DNA from: Actinomycetota bacterium
GTDB taxonomy: Bacteria; Margulisbacteria; Marinamargulisbacteria; GCA-2716485; GCA-002719695
Assembly: GCA_002697535.1 (NCBI GenBank)
Contig: NZWE01000008.1
Span: forward strand, 5,796-69,795
DNA length: 64,000 nt
Direction of reading: 5' to 3'
The notes below the pieces were generated by a model. The model was not told where the DNA came from, did not search any database, and saw nothing but the letters and a program-made list of their open reading frames with translations. The position numbers and the translations under genes are program-made. Below are positions 37,762 to 47,124 of this stretch, piece by piece (position 1 is the stretch's first letter; each line of letters begins with the position of its first letter).

Positions 37762-38447
37762 TGAAATACTTTATTATTGTTTTGTCTTTATTACTATTAA
37801 CAGGATGTGCTAGAACTATTTCGTCTGGTGGTGACGTTATTAATTTAGAATTTAAAATCTCCACACAAGGTCCTATCAATACTAGTAACACTATTTATCT
37901 TCTTGTTTTCTCATCAACTCAATTAATTCTTTCTGAAAAAGCAACCCTTGATGATTACTTTATCTTTCCTGGTAAATACTTTGACGATTCAAGATTAGCT
38001 ACTTTACCTGGTAAAGATATTAATTATTACTACACTTCTTATTTTAAATATTGGAAACAGTTTCTTTACCTGACTAATAATTCTATTGAACTTACTACAG
38101 CCTCTGCTAATAGTTTTGATGCTTCTATTGCCACTATTGAAGATCATCAATCTATTGAACCTTCTCAGGGCTTTGAAGGTATCCAGTCCATTCATGCAGA
38201 TACACTTACGATTACTGTTGATATTACCCAATTAGGTTACGAAGAATCTGATACCGTTTATTTTAGTATCTTAACATTTGAAAAAGATACTTCTTCAGAA
38301 GCTGGCATTATTAAAGATTTTTTAACGAATGATTCATCTCATGTGATTGATCTTACTAAAAATCAACTTAATTCTGGAAATAATTCTGAGAATACATCGC
38401 TTGATACTCACCACGACATTGTTCAATGGCAATACAGAGTTTATTAA
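37761..38447 (+). CDS. lipoprotein of unknown function (positional LptE candidate)
   Basis: Lipobox LLLTGC at residues 11-16. Its ATG overlaps the lptD-like stop (TAATG). Confidence 0.6.
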   Translation: MKYFIIVLSLLLLTGCARTISSGGDVINLEFKISTQGPINTSNTIYLLVFSSTQLILSEKATLDDYFIFPGKYFDDSRLATLPGKDINYYYTSYFKYWKQFLYLTNNSIELTTASANSFDASIATIEDHQSIEPSQGFEGIQSIHADTLTITVDITQLGYEESDTVYFSILTFEKDTSSEAGIIKDFLTNDSSHVIDLTKNQLNSGNNSENTSLDTHHDIVQWQYRVY

Positions 38448-39937
38448 TTTTAATATCAGCGAGTTTATGCTTTTTAGCATTTCCTTCGTTTGATAGTTAT
38501 TGGCTTCAATGTATTTCATTAGTCCCCTTATTATTTGTCTTTCATAAATCGTACTTAAACTGTTTTCAGCTTCCTTATTTCACACAACTTCGAAATCTTT
38601 CTTTACTTGGTTTTATTTTTGGCTTAGTTTATATGGGATTGACTAACCTCTGGGTTTTTGAACTTATTGAATTTTCTAACCTCCCTAAGATTATTAGCTT
38701 GTTTATTATCTATACCATTTATGAAGCACTCTTTTTTGGACTGATTGCCTGTTGTTATCGATTGTGTCACTGTAAAGCGTTCTTACTCCCCTTTATTTGG
38801 ATCGTATTTGAATGGCTTAAATCATATGGACCCTATGGCTCTCCTAATGGTGTTTTAGGCTATAGCCAAGCTAATAATATCCTTATCAATCATTTTGCTA
38901 GTTTAGGGGGTGTTTATGCTGTCTCTTTTATCTGTGTTTTTATTAATAGTTTACTCTTTCTAACAATCTTATCCATCACCCAAAAACATCACCGTCGTTC
39001 TTTTTTGTATTTATTTACTATTATTTTAATATTATTTTCATCACATTTTTATCACCTCCCCTCTGCATCATCACCTCAGTCTTTTAATGTTGCTAGTGTA
39101 CAAGCTAATCATCCTATGCCATATAAATTTAAACGTAAAAATAGAGCTGCTATTCGACAAGATTATATTCAGATCTCACAAGATGCTATTAAACAGCATA
39201 AACTTGATCTTATTATCTGGCCTGAAACAATTACGGCTAGTTTAAATTTAAATTTTAAATCGCTGATGAGCCCTATCCAAACTATGACACAGCATGATAC
39301 AGCTTTTATCTTTGGCTCACCTCGTAAAGAAAATGGTCATTATTATAATACAGCAGCCTTTATTACTTCTAAGAATAGAGTTACCTACGATAAAATTCAA
39401 TTGATGCCTTTTGGTGAATATTGGCCACTAAAGCGTGTATTTCAATTTTTTAAGCTAGATAATATTATTCCAGGAAGCGAATTTACCCATGGAAAAACGC
39501 CAACCTTATTTGATCTTAATGCTATTCAAATAGCACCGATTATTTGTTTAGAATCTACTAATTCATGTTTATCTCGTACTTATGCTAACCAAGGTGCTGA
39601 TATTCTTGTTTCATTGGTTAATAATGCCTGGTTTAAAGGCAGCTCTATAGCAGCTAGACAACTACAAATGTTACAGTTTCGTTCTATCGAAGTAGGCTTA
39701 CCTAGTATACAATCCGCTAATATGGGCTTTACCTGTTTTATTAATGCTTCTGGTAAAATCACAGGCATATTAGATAAATATCAACAAGATTATCTATTTC
39801 AAAGCATTGATTGTGTGAGCATTAATACTCCATTTCGAAATTGGGGTAATGGTGTTGTGTTGGTAGCCTTTATAATTACTTTGGGCTATTTATTACGTAG
39901 TTATTACTACTATCTAATGGATAGGGGTAGGTTATAG
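38426..39937 (+). CDS. lnt: apolipoprotein N-acyltransferase
   Basis: N-terminal polytopic domain plus a CN-hydrolase domain with DLIIWPET, LMPFGEYWP, ICLES and NNAWF. Confidence 0.85.
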   Translation: MAIQSLLILISASLCFLAFPSFDSYWLQCISLVPLLFVFHKSYLNCFQLPYFTQLRNLSLLGFIFGLVYMGLTNLWVFELIEFSNLPKIISLFIIYTIYEALFFGLIACCYRLCHCKAFLLPFIWIVFEWLKSYGPYGSPNGVLGYSQANNILINHFASLGGVYAVSFICVFINSLLFLTILSITQKHHRRSFLYLFTIILILFSSHFYHLPSASSPQSFNVASVQANHPMPYKFKRKNRAAIRQDYIQISQDAIKQHKLDLIIWPETITASLNLNFKSLMSPIQTMTQHDTAFIFGSPRKENGHYYNTAAFITSKNRVTYDKIQLMPFGEYWPLKRVFQFFKLDNIIPGSEFTHGKTPTLFDLNAIQIAPIICLESTNSCLSRTYANQGADILVSLVNNAWFKGSSIAARQLQMLQFRSIEVGLPSIQSANMGFTCFINASGKITGILDKYQQDYLFQSIDCVSINTPFRNWGNGVVLVAFIITLGYLLRSYYYYLMDRGRL

Positions 39938-39939
39938 AA

Positions 39940-39960
39940 CTGAAAACTAATTGTTTTCAG
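39940..39960. terminator. bidirectional hairpin terminator candidate between the convergent lnt and fliG-like genes
   Basis: CTGAAAAC-TAATT-GTTTTCAG forms a perfect 8-bp stem with a 5-nt loop, followed by TTT on the plus strand and TTCT on the minus strand. Confidence 0.5.
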
Positions 39961-39968
39961 TTTGATGA

Positions 39969-40595
39969 TTAAAAATCAAAGTTTTCAACTTCAGTTTCTT
40001 GCTCTTGATTTGTCTCTGCTTGCTTTTTTTCTTCTTCAATCTCTTCTGCTGTTTTTAATACAATCAAATCAAATAATCGTTTAAATATACGTTCAGCCAT
40101 CGGCGTAGCTTCTACTTTACATGTTTGATACGCTGCTATTTTTTCGTCTGCCATATGTTCTTGGATAGCGTTTCCCAATTCTTCTTCAACATATTTAAAG
40201 AAAAATGCAATCATCTGGTTTTCTTGAGAACTCAAATGTGATGCTATGGTTTCTAATGACCGATAATTTTCCGGAAAGAGCTTCTCTTCTGGGATCACTT
40301 CTTCTTCCTCAGGTTCTTCTTCTCTATCTTCCATTTCTTCTTCTTTTTCTTCTTCTTCTTCTGAAAATAAATCGTCTTCACCACTATCTGATATTTCAAA
40401 TTCTTTTTCGCTAACTCCTTCTAATACTAATGTTAAAAACTCTCCCATTTCTTCATCATTAATCGTTGGTACATCATCTAAAGTTGAGGTTAATATGGTA
40501 GCACTTTCCTCTGATAAATGTTTTAAAACATCCGTACTCTTTTCTTCAATTAAACTAATTAATAATTGAGATTTTTGCTTTCCTGTTAAGTTCAT
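39969..40595 (-). CDS. FliG-like protein, truncated (N-terminal domain plus an acidic insert; no C-terminal torque domain)
   Basis: LTGKQKSQLLISLIEEKSTDVLKHLSEE matches the FliG N-domain signature (LTGxEKAAILLxxLGEExAAxVxKxL). Followed by an E-rich tract (EEEEEKEEEMEDREEEPEEEE). Total 208 aa, compared with about 330 for FliG. Start overlaps the fliF stop. Confidence 0.6.
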   Translation of the reverse strand: MNLTGKQKSQLLISLIEEKSTDVLKHLSEESATILTSTLDDVPTINDEEMGEFLTLVLEGVSEKEFEISDSGEDDLFSEEEEEKEEEMEDREEEPEEEEVIPEEKLFPENYRSLETIASHLSSQENQMIAFFFKYVEEELGNAIQEHMADEKIAAYQTCKVEATPMAERIFKRLFDLIVLKTAEEIEEEKKQAETNQEQETEVENFDF

Positions 40596-42220
40596 GATGC
40601 AACCTCTTCTAGCACAAAATCTTCTTCTAATTCAGTTTGAGCTTCTTCAGTTTGCTCATTGCTATCGTCCTCTTTTTCCTTTAACCAATCTTCCATAATA
40701 GCCGCTAATTTTTCTGGAAATTCGACTGCTAATTCTCTTAATTTCTCTAATTTTGTATCATTATCAAGATCTTCGTCTTCTTCTAAATCACCATCATCCA
40801 GATTATCAAATTCATCTTCATTGATATTTTCAACAACTTTATTTTCTTCACGTCGTGCTTTTCGTATAAATCGTATTACAAATATAATGATGGCAATACC
40901 CACTATAATGCTTGCTGCTAACAAAAGATAATCTAATAATCCTTGTCTAGTATGCTTGGCTATTAATGCTTTTTTCTCGCTCTCTGTATAAATAGGAAAC
41001 TCAGCAATACTTAATTGTATGGAATCTCTACCTCTGATATACCCTACTGATCCAGCTACTGTTTGAAATACCTGCTGCTTAAAGGCTTTATCTACAAAAA
41101 TATCATCATTTAATCCATCAATTACAATACTTATGGTTTGTCTTTTTATATCAACTATATTTCCATTTTCAAGTGGTCCTAAATCTGATGTTACCTCAAC
41201 TTTAAACGATGCAATTGGCATAATTCCAAATAATTGTTTTTCTACTTTTTGTTTTAACGTATTCTCAAAATTCCACTTTATTTCAAACCATTCTTGTATA
41301 CGATCATAATTAGGGATTATAGGACTTCCCATTGCCTCTTCTCGACTAATGGCTGCTAAAATAGGGGCTCGGCTTTTTTCTTCTGCTACATATGTTCCGG
41401 CTCGTTTTGATGCTAATCTTTCAAAAAGACTATCCGATAATAGATTTCCCTCTGTATCAATAACGGATACATTTTCTACTTGCAAATTTTCAACTGCATT
41501 TGACACTAATTGAATAATACTAAAGACAATTTCATCCGTTATCTCACTTCCTTGAATAATTCGTATAATAATCGATGATGTCACAGGCGGTTGAGTTACT
41601 GTAAATAAACGCTGTTCTGGTAATACAATTTGTACTTTTGCTGATTCAATAATATCTAATTGTGTAATTGCTTTTTCTAATTCGCCTGACAAGGCTCTTA
41701 AAAACCGAATCCGTTTATCAAATTCTGTTACGCCTAAGGTTTGAGCATCATCTAATAATTCATACCCACTCTTTGCTTTTCCTGATGGAATTCCTTTAAT
41801 GGCCAACAAATTTCTTGCTAGTTCCGCTTCATCTTCTGCTACTAAAATTGTAAATTTTTGACCATTTTGTTCGGTTTTAAATTGTATTTCTGCTAAACTA
41901 ATTTCTTTTAAAATTTTGCTCGTATCGCCACCATCTAACTGACTAAATAATTTTACATACTTTATTTTTTTTCTACTTTTCTTACTTTTATCTACTTTAT
42001 TTTTTGATACCATTATATTTTTGTTACTATGCTTACTAACGGATTTATTTGACTCATTACCTCTTCCTAACATTGTTAGCAATATCACAATAATAATAAC
42101 GCCTGCTATTAATCCCCCAATAATGAATTGTCTATTTGACTGTTTTGGAGGCAATGGCTCTGGTTGGGAAACTGGTTCCTCTAATGTGGGTTCTTCTTGA
42201 ATTATTTCTTCTTCAGCCAT
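40592..42220 (-). CDS. fliF: flagellar MS-ring protein FliF
   Basis: N-terminal TM helix, YscJ/FliF-type periplasmic domains (YVKLFSQLDGGDTSKILKEIS ... ILVAEDEAELARNLLAIKGIP), a second TM helix and an acidic C-terminal FliG-binding tail. Confidence 0.9.
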   Translation of the reverse strand: MAEEEIIQEEPTLEEPVSQPEPLPPKQSNRQFIIGGLIAGVIIIVILLTMLGRGNESNKSVSKHSNKNIMVSKNKVDKSKKSRKKIKYVKLFSQLDGGDTSKILKEISLAEIQFKTEQNGQKFTILVAEDEAELARNLLAIKGIPSGKAKSGYELLDDAQTLGVTEFDKRIRFLRALSGELEKAITQLDIIESAKVQIVLPEQRLFTVTQPPVTSSIIIRIIQGSEITDEIVFSIIQLVSNAVENLQVENVSVIDTEGNLLSDSLFERLASKRAGTYVAEEKSRAPILAAISREEAMGSPIIPNYDRIQEWFEIKWNFENTLKQKVEKQLFGIMPIASFKVEVTSDLGPLENGNIVDIKRQTISIVIDGLNDDIFVDKAFKQQVFQTVAGSVGYIRGRDSIQLSIAEFPIYTESEKKALIAKHTRQGLLDYLLLAASIIVGIAIIIFVIRFIRKARREENKVVENINEDEFDNLDDGDLEEDEDLDNDTKLEKLRELAVEFPEKLAAIMEDWLKEKEDDSNEQTEEAQTELEEDFVLEEVAS

Positions 42221-42309
42221 ATTTAATAATTGTTATATGATATATATGTTTATTTTACATTAGACTTACTACATAAGTCACGTAAATAGACTGATTTATT
42301 ATTAATTTT

Positions 42310-42873
42310 TTAAATAGCTAACTGCGTTATTTCTTTAAATGTTTGCGTAGCAGATGATAAAACGGTTGTTGCAAATGATACGGCTAAATTTAACTTCATT
42401 GTCTCAACACTCACTTCATCTAACGAAACTTTTCCTTCAATATATTGCTCTGTTAAATCATTTACTCGATATTCCATTGTACTAATACTTTCTAGCACCT
42501 CTATTGATTTATCTAATAACATTTGAAATGGTGTTACTTCTACACGATTCGTACTCAGATAAACATTTTCATCATCTTGTCCTTGAACATTTTGACGTCT
42601 ATTTTGATTATTTTGAACTTCACGAAATATGTTTTCTATTTCTTCCGGTGCTAATGCCTGCGCTAACAGCTCTCTATTTTCTTCTTCTGATACAATTCTT
42701 GGTTTTTGATTAAAGTTATAATCAATTCCATCGACATCATTTGGATTAACCCCATTTAATGCTTCATCAAAAAAGTTTTGAAATGGTACCTTTGGCATCA
42801 TTTCTTTATTAACAGCATTTGCCTTTTGAGGTTTCATTTGCATCATATCCAAAGGGTCTAATTTCTTATTCAT
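42310..42873 (-). CDS. fliE: FliE-like basal-body protein with a long N-terminal extension
   Basis: The C-terminal 75 aa (…FQMLLDKSIEVL…VSVETMKLNLAVSFATTVLSSATQTFKEITQLAI) align to the FliE pattern. At 187 aa it is much longer than the usual ~100. Canonical position after flgC. Confidence 0.65.
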   Translation of the reverse strand: MNKKLDPLDMMQMKPQKANAVNKEMMPKVPFQNFFDEALNGVNPNDVDGIDYNFNQKPRIVSEEENRELLAQALAPEEIENIFREVQNNQNRRQNVQGQDDENVYLSTNRVEVTPFQMLLDKSIEVLESISTMEYRVNDLTEQYIEGKVSLDEVSVETMKLNLAVSFATTVLSSATQTFKEITQLAI

Positions 42874-43319
42874 TTTAATAATTCCATTGTAGACTGGTAC
42901 ATCGCTTTTGTCAGTTTAAATGCATTAATATTTGCTTCATACATAGCCTCTGTGTGCTTTAGTGTTACCATTTCATTTGGCATATTAACATTCGGCAAAT
43001 AAAAATATCCATCTTCATCGGACTGTGGCGCCGCTGGATCAAAGTATCGACTAAATGGCTCTGTACTTCGTTCAATATCAACTACCTTTACACCAATATC
43101 GGAGGCTTCTAATACTAAATATTTTTTTTGGTAGGGCAATCCTGTTTCTTCATCTTTTAAAGTCATTAAGTTGGCAACATTTTCTGCCGTCATTGTCATT
43201 TTCATCCGCTGAGAAACAATACCACTCATATTGATCTGGAATGCATCTTCTAATGTACTTAACTGTGCGGCTATTGGTGATAGTAATATTAAACTGATAA
43301 TGATTACTTTAATCAACAT
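42870..43319 (-). CDS. flgC: flagellar proximal rod protein FlgC (with a hydrophobic N-terminal extension)
   Basis: QINMSGIVSQRMKMTMTAENVANLMT (rod N-motif) and C-terminal VNMPNEMVTLKHTEAMYEANINAFK. ATG at 43319, 2 nt after the flgB TAG (the track start is a GTG at 43322). Confidence 0.85.
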   Translation of the reverse strand: MLIKVIIISLILLSPIAAQLSTLEDAFQINMSGIVSQRMKMTMTAENVANLMTLKDEETGLPYQKKYLVLEASDIGVKVVDIERSTEPFSRYFDPAAPQSDEDGYFYLPNVNMPNEMVTLKHTEAMYEANINAFKLTKAMYQSTMELLK

Positions 43320-43321
43320 CA

Positions 43322-43708
43322 CTAGCGTTTTCCCATTGTAGCTATCTGCCGATAGGTATCAAACCGTTTTTTATATAACGTCAAGTAACTTGCTTGTAAA
43401 TTTCTGTTTTTTGCCATGCTCGCTGACATATGCTCTAATAATACTTTTTTTCTTAACTCACTATTATTTGGAATAATTTGATTTAATTCTTCCTGGTCTT
43501 CTGGATACAGAACCGGCTCAAAGCCAGGAGTGGTAATATTAGCAATATTATACGAAAAAAGCGCATGCTTTTTTGTTGCTTTATAAATTGCTTTTTCTAA
43601 TTTTTGATCAGCTGGATACAATGCCAATTTACCTTCATTTTGCTGTGCCCATATCGATCCACTTAAATATATAAGTATACTTATGGCTATTAATTGATAT
43701 TTATTCAT
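43322..43708 (-). CDS. flgB: flagellar proximal rod protein FlgB (with a hydrophobic N-terminal extension)
   Basis: Rod motif SYNIANITTPGFEP. Position upstream of flgC. ATG overlaps the fliA stop by 8 nt. Confidence 0.8.
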   Translation of the reverse strand: MNKYQLIAISILIYLSGSIWAQQNEGKLALYPADQKLEKAIYKATKKHALFSYNIANITTPGFEPVLYPEDQEELNQIIPNNSELRKKVLLEHMSASMAKNRNLQASYLTLYKKRFDTYRQIATMGKR

Positions 43709-44423
43709 TCTGTTTCAATCCTTCTAATCGATGTTTTAATCTATCTAAAACATTCATATGAATACGACATATTCGACTTTTAGATAACTTTAAATGCTTA
43801 GCAATTTCTACTTGCTTAAGTCCATGTATATAAAATAATTCTATAACATCTTTGTCGGGATGTTCTAGATCATAAATCTCTTTCCATAAAAAATCATAAT
43901 TTTCATCCACAACTTCTATCTCAGGGTCTTTTGTTCCTTTACTTTCAGATATATTTTGCTTCATATCGCCTGATATATAATGAACAAACGTCGCTGATTC
44001 AACTGCCTCATTAACCTTTTCTTTAGGCTTACTATTAGACTCATTTATAGTATCTTCGATAAACTCTGATAATGTTTCTTGTAATTTTTTTCTTCTGTCA
44101 CGGTACTCTTGAGGAATTCGTGAATTCCATTCATTACGAATTGAATCCAATATTTCACCTCTAATACGATAATAAGCATAGGTTTGAAATTTAGTTTTCA
44201 AGTCTTTCTTAAACCCTTTTTTAGCTTTTAATAATCCTTCAACTCCCCAACTAATTAAATCTCCATAATCAATACAACTAGGAACTTTCCCTGCATGTAA
44301 AATTTTTGATGCAATGTTTTTTATTAATGGCATATGCTCATTAATAAACTCTTCAGAATGCCCTCTATCTTTTCGAGCATCATTATATTGTAGTTTAGTT
44401 ATATCAACGTTTTTCTTTGACAT
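43701..44423 (-). CDS. fliA: RNA polymerase sigma factor, FliA/sigma-28 family
   Basis: Region 2 FQTYAYYRIRGEILDSIR and region 4 HTH LKQVEIAKHLKLSKSRICRIHMNVLDRLK. Embedded in the flagellar operon. Confidence 0.8.
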   Translation of the reverse strand: MSKKNVDITKLQYNDARKDRGHSEEFINEHMPLIKNIASKILHAGKVPSCIDYGDLISWGVEGLLKAKKGFKKDLKTKFQTYAYYRIRGEILDSIRNEWNSRIPQEYRDRRKKLQETLSEFIEDTINESNSKPKEKVNEAVESATFVHYISGDMKQNISESKGTKDPEIEVVDENYDFLWKEIYDLEHPDKDVIELFYIHGLKQVEIAKHLKLSKSRICRIHMNVLDRLKHRLEGLKQNE

Positions 44424-44426
44424 TTT

Positions 44427-44759
44427 TTATTCCCTAAAATATTCATCTAAGTTTAATAAATCTTGATCTGCTAAATATTTAGATAGTTGCCTTGCATAAA
44501 TTACATTCATTAATTCATTTGATTGTTTTGTATCATAAATGGCATCCTCTTCAATTTCAATAACACTTGTTGATTTAAATAACGGTTGTACAAATATTTG
44601 TTGAATAAATAATGCTTGCATTTTTTTCATAGCATCTTCCTCACTGCCAATTTCATAATTTGGATTTAATAACTGATAATAACTCATATCAGGCATCTGT
44701 CCTACTACACTAGCTGTGAATATTAACATCAAACTTATTATATAAAAAATTGTCTTCAT
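44427..44759 (-). CDS. rod-binding protein (FlgJ N-terminal-domain-like)
   Basis: 110 aa located directly after flgI. AMKKMQALFIQQIFVQPLFK ... MNVIYARQLSKYLA resembles the Rod_binding domain. There is no muramidase domain. Confidence 0.45.
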   Translation of the reverse strand: MKTIFYIISLMLIFTASVVGQMPDMSYYQLLNPNYEIGSEEDAMKKMQALFIQQIFVQPLFKSTSVIEIEEDAIYDTKQSNELMNVIYARQLSKYLADQDLLNLDEYFRE

Positions 44760-45826
44760 AATATTTCTAAATCAGCTACAAGAGCTCCTGACTCTTTTAA
44801 TGCTTGGATAATATTAATTAATTCTTTAGGTGTTACACCTATTTGGTTTAATGAATTCACTAAATTTGATAAGGTATCAGCTGCCTCTAAATAAACTAAC
44901 GGTTTTTTTGATTCATTTATTGTAATAGGATCTTCTTGTGCCCCAAATAACCCTCCGGCATCATTATTAATTTTTATTGAAACGCCTCCATGAGTAATTG
45001 CAACAGGAAATAATTTAACATTTTCTCCAATAATGATCGTTCCTGTTTTTGAATTCACAACAATTCGTGATGATACATCAGGTGTAATTTCTATATTCTC
45101 AATTTCAGATATAGCTGTTATTAAATCGGAAGACTTTAAATCTTCTAATGGAATTTTAATGGTATTGCCATCTATTGCTTTGGCGCCCTTATAGCCTTTC
45201 TCTTGTAATGCTTTCATCGCTTTTGCTACTGTAAAGAAATTTGGTCTATCTAAAACCATTGTAATATTATGTTGATCTGTAAACGTTACTGGCACCTCAG
45301 CTTCTACTATAGCTCCATTTGGTATTGAGCCTACCGTTGCTTGATTTCTATAAAGCTGTGTTGTCGCAGATACTTCACTTGCTCCATCAATGACTATATT
45401 TCCTTGCGCTACAGCATATGTTTTCATGTCAGGTCCCATCATTGGGGTCATAATTAATGTTCCCCCAATCAAAGAACTTGCATCTCCTAATGCTGATACC
45501 GTTACTGATATACGTTGACCCTTTTTTAAAAATGATGGTAAATTGGCTGTTACTAAAACAGAGGCTGCATTTCTAGCATTTAAATTTACGCCACTTATTG
45601 AAACTCCCATTTTTGATAATAAGTTTCTTAAAGCATTATTTGTTAAACCGGCAGCTCTAGAATCACCACTTCCTCTTAGCCCCACAACAATCCCATACCC
45701 TGCCAATTGATTGTCTCTTGATTCAATTAATTTCCCAATATCTTTTAATCGTACAGTATTAGACTGAGAATAAGATAGACTCCCTAACAAACTTAACATT
45801 ATTAAAATAGATGTTAAAATTTTCAT
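44756..45826 (-). CDS. flgI: flagellar P-ring protein FlgI
   Basis: Signal peptide followed by RLKDIGKLIESRDNQLAGYGIVVGLRGSGDS, with FlgI-like sequence conserved along the full length. Confidence 0.95.
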   Translation of the reverse strand: MKILTSILIMLSLLGSLSYSQSNTVRLKDIGKLIESRDNQLAGYGIVVGLRGSGDSRAAGLTNNALRNLLSKMGVSISGVNLNARNAASVLVTANLPSFLKKGQRISVTVSALGDASSLIGGTLIMTPMMGPDMKTYAVAQGNIVIDGASEVSATTQLYRNQATVGSIPNGAIVEAEVPVTFTDQHNITMVLDRPNFFTVAKAMKALQEKGYKGAKAIDGNTIKIPLEDLKSSDLITAISEIENIEITPDVSSRIVVNSKTGTIIIGENVKLFPVAITHGGVSIKINNDAGGLFGAQEDPITINESKKPLVYLEAADTLSNLVNSLNQIGVTPKELINIIQALKESGALVADLEIL

Positions 45827-45827
45827 A

Positions 45828-46436
45828 CTAAAACAACCAATTAAATACTTTCGTCATAATACCAGGAGATTGCTTTGAAGCTACTACCCCACTTCCATGT
45901 ACTGAAATTTCAGCTTTAGCAACTTGATATGAATAGACTGAATTCTTTGGAGAAATATCTTGAGGCCGAATAACACCTGCTACTCGAATTGTCTCCAACT
46001 CATCATTGACTTTTACTTTATGAATTCCTTCAACATATAAATTTCCATTATCTAATATTTCAGTGACTACTGATGAAACGACCGCCTTAACCTGACTTCT
46101 ACGCGAGGTTTGTCCCGATCCTTCATACTTATCATCACCATTTAACCCATATTGTCTTTTTTGATTTAACGTTTCATTTCCTAATAAATTTCCTACTTGC
46201 TCCCAATTATTTTGAATTGAAGCGCCTAACCGCGATTCTCTTTCTGTACTGGTTGATGCTTGCTGTGCCGCTGATGTTGATTCTGACACATAAATCGTAA
46301 TGATATCACCAACTCGGATTAGCCGTCTGTTAACACCATAAAACGGTGTTTTCGCATTATCAAATAACGAATCTGCGACAACCTCCATAGGCCATAGCAA
46401 ACTAATTAGAACTAATAAGAATATGTTTTTTATCAA
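45828..46436 (-). CDS. flgH: flagellar L-ring protein FlgH
   Basis: SLFDN ... RVGDIITIYVSESTSA ... LYVEGIHKVKVNDELETIRVAGVIRPQDI, typical FlgH. The signal peptide has no lipobox Cys. Confidence 0.9.
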   Translation of the reverse strand: MIKNIFLLVLISLLWPMEVVADSLFDNAKTPFYGVNRRLIRVGDIITIYVSESTSAAQQASTSTERESRLGASIQNNWEQVGNLLGNETLNQKRQYGLNGDDKYEGSGQTSRRSQVKAVVSSVVTEILDNGNLYVEGIHKVKVNDELETIRVAGVIRPQDISPKNSVYSYQVAKAEISVHGSGVVASKQSPGIMTKVFNWLF

Positions 46437-47121
46437 TTACTTTTCCTCTTAATATTTTTTTTGTTTCTGTCTTCATTCGAATCATATCACCTATCATCCC
46501 TGAATCTAATGCTGTAACATCCGATTTAATCTCAAAGCCTGATGATTTGATAACTAATTTTACATGTTCTCCTTTTTGCACATCAGGAACAAGTTCAATC
46601 CATCGATCTGAAAATGCAATTCCTTTTATCATCGATCGTTTTGTTTGCTTTCCTATAATAATATCTTTATTAAAAATATAATCTTCGGATCGTGATGTTA
46701 ACTTAATTCTTTTTTGAGTAATATCATTATTAGAAATAATATCATTTGTTTTTATTTTTCTATTAGATACATAAACATCTCCATAGACGCTGGTTTCTAA
46801 AGCACATTTTTCTGTTTTAATAATTGTATTTTCTTCTGATAAAAATGCCGTATCTAATATAATCTTTCCCATTAAGGTTTGTGGTTTTGCTAAATCTACA
46901 AAGATATAAAAGACATCTTTAGAAATATCATTAAAAATTTCTGAGTTTTTTATCTCGACATTCACGTCTGGATTTTTTACATCTCCCATTTGTCCTAGTA
47001 TTTGATTTTCAATTTCAGTCTCTAATATTGTACTAGAAAAATTAGCAACACTATATTGCTTTGCAGATAGATTAACTGAAAAAAATACTGCTAATAAAAT
47101 TACCCAAAACACTCTCAACAT
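46402..47121 (-). CDS. flgA: flagellar P-ring assembly chaperone FlgA
   Basis: Signal peptide and a C-terminal SAF/FlgA pattern GEHVKLVIKSSGFEIKSDVTALDSGMIGDMIRMK. Position between flgG and flgH. Confidence 0.75.
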   Translation of the reverse strand: MLRVFWVILLAVFFSVNLSAKQYSVANFSSTILETEIENQILGQMGDVKNPDVNVEIKNSEIFNDISKDVFYIFVDLAKPQTLMGKIILDTAFLSEENTIIKTEKCALETSVYGDVYVSNRKIKTNDIISNNDITQKRIKLTSRSEDYIFNKDIIIGKQTKRSMIKGIAFSDRWIELVPDVQKGEHVKLVIKSSGFEIKSDVTALDSGMIGDMIRMKTETKKILRGKVIDKKHILISSN

Positions 47122-47124
47122 TAT

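Noticed and set aside
40205-40931. ORFs antisense to fliG-like and fliF (40205-40414 Leu-rich; 40659-40931 Ser-rich)
   Set aside because: They are generated by reading the poly-Glu/Asp coding tracts (GAA/GAT repeats) on the opposite strand. They have no independent support.
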